A DNA stretch of 64,000 bases from Flavobacteriales bacterium (GTDB lineage Bacteria > Bacteroidota > Bacteroidia > NS11-12g > UBA955), in assembly GCA_947457565.1 (NCBI GenBank), contig CANGWH010000004.1, positions 149 through 64,148 on the forward strand, read 5' to 3'. Every line of letters begins with the position of its first letter. Position 1 is the stretch's first letter. The position numbers were made by a program, and so were the translations under genes. A model generated the notes under the pieces. The model saw only the letters and a program-made list of their open reading frames with translations, was not told the origin of the DNA and ran no database searches. Positions 10,350 through 18,997 of this stretch are shown here, one piece after another.

Positions 10350-12593
10350 ATGCGACTTATTGTTTTATTTGTAGGGTTCTTTTATTTCTCAAGTTTGGTG
10401 GGTCAAAGCGTAAATGATTCCATGGGACGGCGTGTGGCAGATACCACAGGAAGTGGTGTAGTTGATTCTGCAAAAATCGAAAAGATGGAGACGATTGAAA
10501 TCAAGGTCTCGGGTTCTTTAATTGAAAATAAATCAGATCGATTGGTTTACAACGCGGCGGCTGATATCATGGCTAAAGGGTCATCGGCTTCCGAATTGTT
10601 GGCAAAAGTACCGTTGGTGGATGTAGACATGGACGGGAATGTATCGATTCGTGGCAGTCAGAATTTAAGGATTTTAATTAATGGCAGACCCTCAGGGATG
10701 ATGGCGGGAAATGTAGCGGATGCATTGCGGAGTTTGCCGGGAGCCAGCATTGATAAAATTGAGGTAATCACCAATCCTTCGGCCAAATACGATGCGGAGG
10801 GAACCGGGGGCATCATCAATATCATTTTAAAAGAAGTTAAAATAAAAGGAACCACTTCCAATTATGCAGCGGGAATTGGTACGCGCAGTGCCAATTTCAG
10901 TGCGGATGTTACCAACCAAAACGGTAAAACCGGGATTACGGCCCGATTAGGAGGGCATTTTTGGCGAAGTTGGGGCGATGGGAGAACGCGCAGAACCAAT
11001 GAAATTAATGGAATCGATTATTTGTTGTTGCAAAATAATTCGGTAAACAATTGGGGGGGCGGTCCGAGGTTAACGTTGGGAATCGACCATCAAATAAGTA
11101 AAAAATCGGCCATTAATATCACTGCAACCTTGCGTTCACGATTTAGAAACAGCGATAACGCTTGGAATACCTCTACAGGCAAAGAAAATGATCCCGTTGT
11201 TTTTTTGTGGAATCAGGCCACGGATAACTTAACTACAGGCCTTGGCATGGATTTAAATGCCGATTATAGGAAAACCTTTAAAAAACCCGGTAGAGATTTG
11301 GGAATATCCGCTCAATATACGGTAGATCAGGACAATACCGATTATGAATTGCATCGATTCGACAGTATTGGTCTCGAAACGCGGTTTGAGCAAAGCAGAA
11401 ATATCGGCCAGAATCGAGAGTTTACGGTACAATTGGATTTTACTGAACCCTTGACCTCAAAATTATTGATGGAATCGGGACTGAAAACTATTCTTAGAAG
11501 TGTAAATTCTGATTATAATTTTGATAGCATGGATTACAGTTTGCAACGTTTGGCCAGCATCGACTATCGAAAAAATAGATTTGATTATTACCAAAACGTT
11601 TTGGGGGGCTACACTCAGTTTAGCTATAATGCTAGTAAGTTATTGTCGTTTAAATTTGGGGTAAGGGCCGAATTCACCGAATTCGGTGGTAGATTGTATT
11701 ATCCTACAGAAGATAGATATATAGGCAAACCGTATTTCAATCCGATTCCGTATTTCAACGTAAACAGGAATTTTGACGGGGGTAGCTTTTTAAAGTTCAC
11801 CTATACGCAGCGGATACAGAGACCGAGCTTATTCTTTTTAAATCCGTACACCAATTTTTCAGACCCATTAAATATAACCACGGGTAATCCGCGGTTGAAT
11901 GCGGAGTTGAGCAATAATCTGGAGTTAAGTTGGGGGAAGTACGGCAAAACTGGAGGTGGCGGAGTGAATGTATATTACAGGAATACGGATAATGCGATAG
12001 AAACTATCCGTACCATTGGGAAAGATAGGGTTTATCGCACTACGTATGGAAATGTAGGATTGAATAACACGGTGGGGATGGACATGAATGCAAATCTAAA
12101 AACCGGTAAATGGACGCTGAATTTTAACGGAGGTTTGGGGTATGTAATGATTCGAAGTTTGATTGACACGGGTTCTATTGCGGGTTTAAGCAACAAAGCG
12201 CTGACGTATAATGCTGGATTTCGTGGTAGTTTGAAAATGAAAAACAACTGGCAGATGGAGGTTTGGGGTAGGTTTAACGCCCCAACAATTTCATTGCAAG
12301 GATATTCTATGAGTTGGTTTTTTCATATGGTAGGGTTTAAAAAACGATTTAACGAAGATCGCGGAGGCCTTGGCTTTGGAATAGATAACCCGTTAACTCC
12401 CCAAATTGATATTGTTACCCGGACACAAGGCACCGATTTTACCTTCTACAGTATGCAGCGCTTGAATTTGTGGGGTGTGAGGGTGAATTTTGATTATAAA
12501 ATTGGCAGTATGAGTGTTGAGAAACCTAACCAGGTTAAACGTAAATTACAGAACGACGATTTGAAAAAAGCCGAAGGTGACGGGGCCATGTAA
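10350..12593 (+). CDS. TonB-dependent receptor-like outer-membrane beta-barrel protein with a plug domain and no CarboxypepD_reg.
   Basis: 747 aa with a signal peptide. The plug-domain motifs IEVITNPSAKYDAEGTGGIINIILK and NVSIRGSQNLRILINGRPS are present. The remainder is Gly/Asn/Tyr-rich beta-strand-like sequence. Confidence 0.7.
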   Translation: MRLIVLFVGFFYFSSLVGQSVNDSMGRRVADTTGSGVVDSAKIEKMETIEIKVSGSLIENKSDRLVYNAAADIMAKGSSASELLAKVPLVDVDMDGNVSIRGSQNLRILINGRPSGMMAGNVADALRSLPGASIDKIEVITNPSAKYDAEGTGGIINIILKEVKIKGTTSNYAAGIGTRSANFSADVTNQNGKTGITARLGGHFWRSWGDGRTRRTNEINGIDYLLLQNNSVNNWGGGPRLTLGIDHQISKKSAINITATLRSRFRNSDNAWNTSTGKENDPVVFLWNQATDNLTTGLGMDLNADYRKTFKKPGRDLGISAQYTVDQDNTDYELHRFDSIGLETRFEQSRNIGQNREFTVQLDFTEPLTSKLLMESGLKTILRSVNSDYNFDSMDYSLQRLASIDYRKNRFDYYQNVLGGYTQFSYNASKLLSFKFGVRAEFTEFGGRLYYPTEDRYIGKPYFNPIPYFNVNRNFDGGSFLKFTYTQRIQRPSLFFLNPYTNFSDPLNITTGNPRLNAELSNNLELSWGKYGKTGGGGVNVYYRNTDNAIETIRTIGKDRVYRTTYGNVGLNNTVGMDMNANLKTGKWTLNFNGGLGYVMIRSLIDTGSIAGLSNKALTYNAGFRGSLKMKNNWQMEVWGRFNAPTISLQGYSMSWFFHMVGFKKRFNEDRGGLGFGIDNPLTPQIDIVTRTQGTDFTFYSMQRLNLWGVRVNFDYKIGSMSVEKPNQVKRKLQNDDLKKAEGDGAM

Positions 12594-12671
12594 ACGTTTA
12601 TATACGATTAAGTTCGCTTACGTTGAAAAGATGGGAATTACGGTAGAGAATTAAATGGTAATTTTGTATTT

Positions 12672-13097
12672 ATGGAAATGTCAGGAACCGTTATCGCTAT
12701 TTTATCTAAACAAACAGGAACAAATAAAGCCGGTAATACTTGGGAAAAACAAGACTTTGTGATTCAAACCTCGGGACAGTATCCCAAGAAATTGTGTTTT
12801 GCTGTATGGGGTGACAAAATTGCTAAATTTCAAATTAAGGAGGGCGAAGAAATAACCGTATTTTTCGATGTGGAAAGTAGAGAATATATGGGTAAATATT
12901 ACACCGATGTGAAAGCATGGAACGTAACCAAAGGAGCAATTATGTCGAATAGTTCAATGGGCGGTGGCTATAATGCCTCAAACTCAGATGCAATGGGCGG
13001 TGGTGGAATGGCAACGGCAAATCCATTTGAGGGCAGTGGAGCCCCAGCGGTTTCTGCCGATTTAGGCAATTCCGATATAGATGACTTGCCATTTTAG
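12672..13097 (+). CDS. DUF3127-family protein: an OB-fold-like N-domain, a Gly-rich disordered linker and an acidic DIDDLPF C-terminal tip.
   Basis: 141 aa. The N-terminal ~90 aa (MxxSGxVIAIL...GNxWxKQDFVIQT...YPKKLCFxxWGDKI) match what I recall of DUF3127. The C-terminus is GGGMATANPFEGSGAP...DIDDLPF. Confidence 0.6.
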   Translation: MEMSGTVIAILSKQTGTNKAGNTWEKQDFVIQTSGQYPKKLCFAVWGDKIAKFQIKEGEEITVFFDVESREYMGKYYTDVKAWNVTKGAIMSNSSMGGGYNASNSDAMGGGGMATANPFEGSGAPAVSADLGNSDIDDLPF

Positions 13098-13112
13098 GAT
13101 TGCACTGTCCTT

Positions 13113-13120
13113 TAAATTTG
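13113..13120 (+). promoter_or_regulatory. Candidate -7 box (TAAATTTG) upstream of T9SS module 1.
   Basis: Exact TAnnTTTG match, 83 nt upstream of ATG 13204, in the 106-bp gap after the DUF3127 gene. Confidence 0.25.
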
Positions 13121-13203
13121 TCATAATTGAATCATTATTTTGACAAAGAGAAAACGAATCGTTAATTTGCGTAGTCTATTTATTATTATATTACCCAAGG
13201 ACT

Positions 13204-16200
13204 ATGCGGTTATTACTCAAACGGAAGATTATTTTTGCAAAAATTGGTGCATTTTTACTGGCTTTAACTACGCTAGTTTTGCATGGTGCAGATTTTTATG
13301 TCAGTAAAACCGGGGTAGATACCAATCCAGGTACCTTAGCTTCTCCATTTCTCACTATTGGTAAAGCAATTTCTACTGCAGCCGCAGGCGATAACGTATA
13401 TGTTGGTACCGGTGCTTATTCGGAATCTGTAGTTATTACCAAATCGCTTAAGTTCTTTGTGGATAGCTGTCAGGTGAATAAGTTAATCATGTATAATTCT
13501 ACCGCTGTTTTAACCTTGGATGGTTGGAATAGCCTTAAGAGTTTTAACGTGTTTGATTCGTTGGTTTTAACCAGAGGTATTGTTAAAGTTGAAAATACAT
13601 TATCGGCGTTTCGTGCATTGAAATCATGCGGAATAGGCGGCGGAAACGCTACCAGTTTCGTGGATGGGCGGTTGCATATTGGCAAAGAAACAGGGATAAT
13701 GGATATAACATTCCCTGTAGGAGTAAGCAACAGTTATAGGCCTACACGAATTACATTTACCAAATCCAATGGTGATCTTACTTATTATTTTGCTGAAGTT
13801 AAACAGGGGGCTGCATTATCTCCTGGGAATTTACCTTCCGGAATTAGAAATTATTCACGTGTAAATTATTATAATCTAGGTACGGTTCCCAAAAATGCGG
13901 CCAACAGTAATTCGTTTGTTTTGGACATTAATTATGATTCGGTTCAAATGGACGACAGGGTTTACGATGGCCCCAATTTGAGAGTAATTGGTTACGAAGG
14001 TAGCTCTGCATGGGGAAATTATGGAGGTACGGGCTCTGCTGTAAGAAAGGGTAAAATTACTACGGTTTCAATGGCTAAATTGGGCTTGTTTGCGTTGGCT
14101 AATGCGTATCAACAACTTACCGCTACGCAACGCAAATCGGGGGTGAATACATTGGGCAGTGACTCCGCATACGCTAAATGGAGAATTAATTTGGGTCGTT
14201 GTTCTAATGATTCTATACGGTTTTTAGACCAATCTAAAAGTATAGGTTCTGCAATTCAATCGTACTCTTGGAATTTTGGAGACCCTGCAAGTTTTATAAA
14301 TACTTCCACAAAAAGAAATCCAGTTTTTAAGTTTAGCGGTGCTGGAACCTACCGGGTGAGTATGGTGATGATGAATAATGACGGTTATTTGGATTCATGG
14401 GTTGAAGATATTACTATATTCCAATCGCCCATCATTGTGAGAACAGCTCGTGAACTGTGCATTGGAGAGACAACCACCTTTACCGATAATTCATTGGCCC
14501 CCAAAGCTACGGATATTTCTAAATGGTATTGGAACATGGGGGATGGGGGTACGCCTGCACCGCCACCTACTATTTACACTACCAAAACAGTAACGCATAC
14601 CTATGCAAATCCAGGGCCGTATAAGGTATTTCATTATGTTACCTCGAAGGATAACTGTGAAACTCGGGACACCTTTACGTATTTTGTGCACAACAAACCG
14701 TCCGTAGATTTTACTACAGAAGATAAGTGTATAGGACAAACCAACGCTTTTACTGATAATACTACGGTTGATGTGCCAGACAAGATTAGGTCAAGGATTT
14801 GGTATATGGGCGACGGTCAGGTGCTAACAGGAACTACAGCTGCAGATTATAAAATTATCACTAAAAAGTATGGTGCACCTGGATTGTATCAAGTTAAAAT
14901 ATTGGTGTTTTCAGATTTTCAAGGATTGCGCGGCTACTGCCGTGATTCATTAACAAAACCCGTTAGAATTTACGATAATCCTAAAATCAAATACGAACAG
15001 TCGCACACTTGTTTTGAAGAGACAACCACCTTTACGGATAAAACAACTGTAGATCCTGCGGATTTTGCTAAATCGTATTCGTGGAATTTTGGCGATTTAA
15101 CCTTCGATACTACCATGTATGGTGCTTCCCACGATTACTTAGCGGCCGGAGCCTACAAAACGAGATTAACGGTTATAACAAACGCGCTTTGTTCATCGTC
15201 CGATACCATGACGGTGTATGTTCACCCCAAGCCGAAAGCAGATTTTACCACTAAGGAAAAGTGTTTTGGTGATTCTACCGAGTTTATTCACCTGCCAACA
15301 GCAGGAATACCCGATACTCGAATGACCTACAACTGGCGTGTTGATAATCTGTATGTGTATTTCAATAAGGATATCAAGCATAAATTTGCTGCACCGGGAA
15401 CATACACGGCAAAAATGTATGCCACAACCAATCAATTTTGCAAGGATTCCATAGAAAAAACAGTACGTAGTTTCTACATGCCGAGGGTATATTTTGATTT
15501 GGATCAGACCATCACCCCCAACGATTCCATCCAATGTTTAAAATACAACAACTATTATTTTAATAAGATTGTTGATATCGACCCTAACGATACCTTGTTT
15601 AATTCGGCTTGGAATTTTGGGGATGGTACTACGGAAATGCCCGCTACTAGTATCAACCATAATTTTGATAGTGTAAAGGTATACACGGTGAAATTATACG
15701 GTGTAAGTATTCATGGCTGTGCGGATAGTATGGTTAGACAGTACGAAACAAAACCGAGTCCAGTGGCTAAGTTTTATTTTGAGGGCGATTGCGTGCCTGA
15801 TTCAATTCTGTTTAATGATACTTCCAGTATTTCGGTGTTGCCAATTGTAAAACGAACTTGGGTTTTTGAAGGAACGGAATACAGCAGCTTGCCGTTACCT
15901 AACAAGTATCAATATACAACGGCTGGTCCTCATGACGTTTCTTATGTGATAACGAATGATGTGGGTTGTTCAGACACGATGCTTAAAAGCATTTCATTTA
16001 CAGAGAAACCTACATTATCCATCAATTTCAGCGGTACAATGCCTTTGTGTTTGGGAGATTCTATCAATGTTAGTATTAGCGGTGCCGATACTATAACATG
16101 GTTGCATGATGGAAGCACGCAGGCCGTAAGGAATTTTTACGGTAAGGGTTGGTATAAAATAGCTGGAAAAACGGGCATTTGTACGGCATTGGATTCAATT

Positions 16201-16719
16201 TTTGTGCAGGCATATCCGCCGTCCAAAATTAACGCGTACAACGATACCACAATCTATAGAGGTACTACCGCAAAATTATGGACCGATGGAGTGAAAGATT
16301 TTAAATGGAGTCCTAACAAATGGATTAATTCAGATACATTGAAAGTAATCACCGCAAGACCGCTGGATACTATGGTTTATAAGGTGTACACCAAAGATGC
16401 AAATGGATGTGAATCGGAAGATTCGGTGAAAGTTAAGGTTATTGACCCTCCATTGGTGAGAATTCCCAACTTAATTACGCCCAATAGCGATGGGGAAAAT
16501 GAGTTCTGGGATTTGAGTGAATTAAAGGATTATTGGCTGTATGATATTACGCTTAGCGATAGACAAGGTAAGCGCATTTTCTATACCCAAAATTACCAAA
16601 ACGATTGGCAGGCTTTAGATACCGATGGCGGACAGTTGCCTGTTGGTATTTATTTCTACCACATGAAGAACAGAAATACAGGCGAAGAATACAGAGGTTT
16701 TATTCAAGTTATTAGATAA
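13204..16719 (+). CDS. T9SS type-B CTD cargo protein 1. Large secreted protein with an N-terminal beta-helix-like domain, multiple PKD-like repeats and a gliding-motility-associated C-terminal domain.
   Basis: 1171 aa with a signal peptide. The N-terminal domain is similar to that of CDS 29831..33205 (YVxKxxGxDxNxG...SYRP). There are at least six WNFGDG/WxMGDG PKD-like repeats. The C-terminus VRIPNLITPNSDGENEFWDL...GIYFYHM...RGFIQVIR matches the type-B sorting domain (TIGR04131-like). Confidence 0.8.
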   Translation: MRLLLKRKIIFAKIGAFLLALTTLVLHGADFYVSKTGVDTNPGTLASPFLTIGKAISTAAAGDNVYVGTGAYSESVVITKSLKFFVDSCQVNKLIMYNSTAVLTLDGWNSLKSFNVFDSLVLTRGIVKVENTLSAFRALKSCGIGGGNATSFVDGRLHIGKETGIMDITFPVGVSNSYRPTRITFTKSNGDLTYYFAEVKQGAALSPGNLPSGIRNYSRVNYYNLGTVPKNAANSNSFVLDINYDSVQMDDRVYDGPNLRVIGYEGSSAWGNYGGTGSAVRKGKITTVSMAKLGLFALANAYQQLTATQRKSGVNTLGSDSAYAKWRINLGRCSNDSIRFLDQSKSIGSAIQSYSWNFGDPASFINTSTKRNPVFKFSGAGTYRVSMVMMNNDGYLDSWVEDITIFQSPIIVRTARELCIGETTTFTDNSLAPKATDISKWYWNMGDGGTPAPPPTIYTTKTVTHTYANPGPYKVFHYVTSKDNCETRDTFTYFVHNKPSVDFTTEDKCIGQTNAFTDNTTVDVPDKIRSRIWYMGDGQVLTGTTAADYKIITKKYGAPGLYQVKILVFSDFQGLRGYCRDSLTKPVRIYDNPKIKYEQSHTCFEETTTFTDKTTVDPADFAKSYSWNFGDLTFDTTMYGASHDYLAAGAYKTRLTVITNALCSSSDTMTVYVHPKPKADFTTKEKCFGDSTEFIHLPTAGIPDTRMTYNWRVDNLYVYFNKDIKHKFAAPGTYTAKMYATTNQFCKDSIEKTVRSFYMPRVYFDLDQTITPNDSIQCLKYNNYYFNKIVDIDPNDTLFNSAWNFGDGTTEMPATSINHNFDSVKVYTVKLYGVSIHGCADSMVRQYETKPSPVAKFYFEGDCVPDSILFNDTSSISVLPIVKRTWVFEGTEYSSLPLPNKYQYTTAGPHDVSYVITNDVGCSDTMLKSISFTEKPTLSINFSGTMPLCLGDSINVSISGADTITWLHDGSTQAVRNFYGKGWYKIAGKTGICTALDSIFVQAYPPSKINAYNDTTIYRGTTAKLWTDGVKDFKWSPNKWINSDTLKVITARPLDTMVYKVYTKDANGCESEDSVKVKVIDPPLVRIPNLITPNSDGENEFWDLSELKDYWLYDITLSDRQGKRIFYTQNYQNDWQALDTDGGQLPVGIYFYHMKNRNTGEEYRGFIQVIR

Positions 16720-16725
16720 AGAGAC

Positions 16726-18072
16726 ATGCTTAAGAAACAACTTTTATTAGGGTCAGTTGCCGTAGTTTGTGCAACACAGAGTTTTGCTCAAATGGGGGCG
16801 AAGTTCGACCAATACTATATGGATTATTCTTTGATTAATCCGGCGGCGATGAATACCCACACCCAAGGGCATGTTACTGTTTTTAATAACCGCATGTTTT
16901 CAGCAGTCCCTGGAGGTCCGCAGCATACCGTGTTGAATGTTAATTTGCCTGTACCTTCCAAAAATACAGGCTATGGTCTTTTTTATATGCGTGAGCGGGT
17001 TGGATTTTCAGAAGCGCACAATGCCTATGCTACGTATGCATATTCGTTGCCACTGGGGGGAACTACCAATTTGAATTTGGGGGTAAGTGTTGGGGCGATA
17101 AGGCAGTCTTTCGACTTATCTAAGGCTATTTATATTTCTGGCAATGACGATATAATTAAGAGTTTAATAATTACCCCACCGGTTACTAGAGCAGATTTGA
17201 GAGCATCGGCATTTGTTAATGGAGAAAAATGGTTTGGTGGTTTAGCAATTTCTAGACTAACGGCACCAACATTCGATTATACCTATTATAAATACAATGC
17301 TTCGTATCAATTACAATCCCAGGCTTCGTTTTTATTAGGGTTTAATATTGATGGAGGAGGAGATTTAGTGATTAAACCATCGTTGTTGGTTTCTGGGTAT
17401 AACTGGGACTATTATCGCGTTCAGTTTAATGCCAGCGCTTGGTACCAAGAGAAGTTTTGGCTAGGTTTTAATGCCAATGATTTAGGGCAGATTGGCGGTA
17501 ATATCGGATTTACTCCACAAGAAGATATCCGAGTTTCCTATTCCTATACCACACCCACCGGCAGCCAGCGTGTGGCCTTGGGTAATACGCATGAATTCCA
17601 TACATTTATTGGTTTCTCTGCGTTGGGCGGTGGACCGCGAAATAGTGATTCCGATGAAACCGATGGTTCTAGCGACGGCGAAGGGCAAGAAACCAAGAAC
17701 GGCGAAGACGGTGATGGTTTCTCCGGAGCTACGAATTCAGACCGGTCTGAAGTCATCGTTAAAAGTTTAGCGGATTTAAAAGCAGCAGGATTGGGTAGAG
17801 ATACCGCATTGTTGAAAATTCAACCTATTGATAAAGTTAAATCGGCTCCTGGATTTTATCTTGTTGCAGGATTGCATGTTAGCGAAGCAAAGGCAAATAA
17901 ACAAATCAAAGATTTGTATAAAAAAGGTGTTGTTTCCTTTAAAATGTTTGATCCAACCAACAAAAGTTTCTATGTATTCTTGAAAGATTACGCTACAGAA
18001 AAAGAAGCAAACAGAGATTTATTCTATTTCCAATCTGCCGTTCCATCGGTTTGGGTTCGAGAGGTGAAGTAA
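16726..18072 (+). CDS. PorP/SprF-family T9SS outer-membrane protein fused to an acidic Gly/Ser/Asp linker and a C-terminal SPOR-like domain.
   Basis: 448 aa. A signal peptide is followed by QMGAKFDQYYMDYSLINPAAMN, the typical PorP/SprF start. The beta-barrel body runs to ~aa 300. A low-complexity acidic linker (SDSDETDGSSDGEGQETKNGEDGDG) follows. The last ~100 aa are GFYLVAGLHVSEAKANKQIKDLYKKG...SFKMFDP...FYVFLKDYATEKEANRDL, a SPOR-like fold pattern. Confidence 0.7.
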   Translation: MLKKQLLLGSVAVVCATQSFAQMGAKFDQYYMDYSLINPAAMNTHTQGHVTVFNNRMFSAVPGGPQHTVLNVNLPVPSKNTGYGLFYMRERVGFSEAHNAYATYAYSLPLGGTTNLNLGVSVGAIRQSFDLSKAIYISGNDDIIKSLIITPPVTRADLRASAFVNGEKWFGGLAISRLTAPTFDYTYYKYNASYQLQSQASFLLGFNIDGGGDLVIKPSLLVSGYNWDYYRVQFNASAWYQEKFWLGFNANDLGQIGGNIGFTPQEDIRVSYSYTTPTGSQRVALGNTHEFHTFIGFSALGGGPRNSDSDETDGSSDGEGQETKNGEDGDGFSGATNSDRSEVIVKSLADLKAAGLGRDTALLKIQPIDKVKSAPGFYLVAGLHVSEAKANKQIKDLYKKGVVSFKMFDPTNKSFYVFLKDYATEKEANRDLFYFQSAVPSVWVREVK

Positions 18073-18086
18073 AATTTTAGCCGCTC

Positions 18087-18114
18087 CTACCAATTATTTG
18101 GTAGTAATTTTTTT
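18087..18114 (+). terminator. Candidate rho-independent terminator after module 1.
   Basis: ctaccaa(18087-18093) / ttat loop / ttggtag(18098-18104) forms a perfect 7-bp inverted repeat. It is followed by taattttttt, 15 nt after the stop of the PorP-SPOR gene. Confidence 0.45.
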
Positions 18115-18321
18115 AGGATGCCTGACGTCAATTTAGGGTACAACACTCGTTAAATGAGTTGTTTCTTTTATTTTATTTGAGGTTTGATGGGGAATAGCCG
18201 GTTTAATAAATCTGGTGTATTGCTTGTTAACATTTTTTTATCGGTAGTTTAATCCCGTTATTTTTGACCCAACTAAAATATATTGTATTTATTGCATATT
18301 GTTAGTTTAATATCGGAGTTT

Positions 18322-18329
18322 TATCTTTG
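18322..18329 (+). promoter_or_regulatory. Candidate -7 box (TATCTTTG) for the OmpA-like lipoprotein / SprB-like operon.
   Basis: Exact TAnnTTTG match only 5 nt before ATG 18335. This implies a leaderless or very short-leader transcript, or a start further downstream. Confidence 0.3.
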
Positions 18330-18334
18330 ACGAC

Positions 18335-18973
18335 ATGAAAAAATTATTTATCGTTCAATTAGTAGTTGTATTATTAGTTTCATCTTGTGGAATTAAGACG
18401 AAGGAGCAGTACATGAAATCTAAATTGTCGGGTATAGTAACAGAGGATTATTCTGCGTATTTCGACAAGCAAATGGACGAAGAACTAGATTTGATTAACA
18501 AGAAAACAGGGAAGATGCAAAAGGAAATAGACAAATTAAGTGCATGTTGTCAATCTCCAACCAGTTTTAAGGATTCTTTCGCGGCTATTAATGCGAAAAT
18601 AGCTGAGATCGAAAAAAATGCTGCAGCAAGTAATGCAACGTCAGAAGTTGGTAAATTGAGCATTTATTACGATTTGAATTTAGCTGTGTTAACAAAATTC
18701 CATGAGCGTGAGATTATTCGTTGGTACGGTAATTTAGCCATTACAGGAAAATTAACAGCGACTACTATGTTCATGGTGTCTTCTTATACGGATCAAATCG
18801 GGGGCGATGAATATAACAAGAAATTGAGCGATAAACGTTCTCAAGCGGTAGTGAAGTATTTGACTGAAGTAATGAATGTACCGGCGAACAGAATTAAGGT
18901 AATGCCACCGCAAGCGCCAATGAAATTGGATAACAGAATTATTGAACGCAGATCTGAGATCTGGATTCAATAA
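18335..18973 (+). CDS. Lipoprotein with an N-terminal coiled-coil region and a C-terminal OmpA-like domain.
   Basis: 212 aa. The lipobox is LLVSSCG. The C-terminus SSYTDQIGGDEYNKKLSDKRSQAVVKYL matches the OmpA_C-like motif (TDxxGxxxYNxxLSxxRA). It lies 24 bp upstream of the SprB-like gene on the same strand. Confidence 0.65.
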   Translation: MKKLFIVQLVVVLLVSSCGIKTKEQYMKSKLSGIVTEDYSAYFDKQMDEELDLINKKTGKMQKEIDKLSACCQSPTSFKDSFAAINAKIAEIEKNAAASNATSEVGKLSIYYDLNLAVLTKFHEREIIRWYGNLAITGKLTATTMFMVSSYTDQIGGDEYNKKLSDKRSQAVVKYLTEVMNVPANRIKVMPPQAPMKLDNRIIERRSEIWIQ

Positions 18974-18997
18974 TCATTGAATAATTGAAAAGGAACT

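Noticed and set aside
18140-18178. Imperfect hairpin (acaacactcg..tgagttgt) followed by a U-rich stretch in the 262-bp intergenic region. Considered as a second terminator or sRNA 3' end.
   Set aside because: The stem pairs poorly (4+3 bp with a bulge). The perfect 7-bp hairpin + T-run at 18087-18114 better explains termination. No ORF or tRNA-like structure is in this gap.
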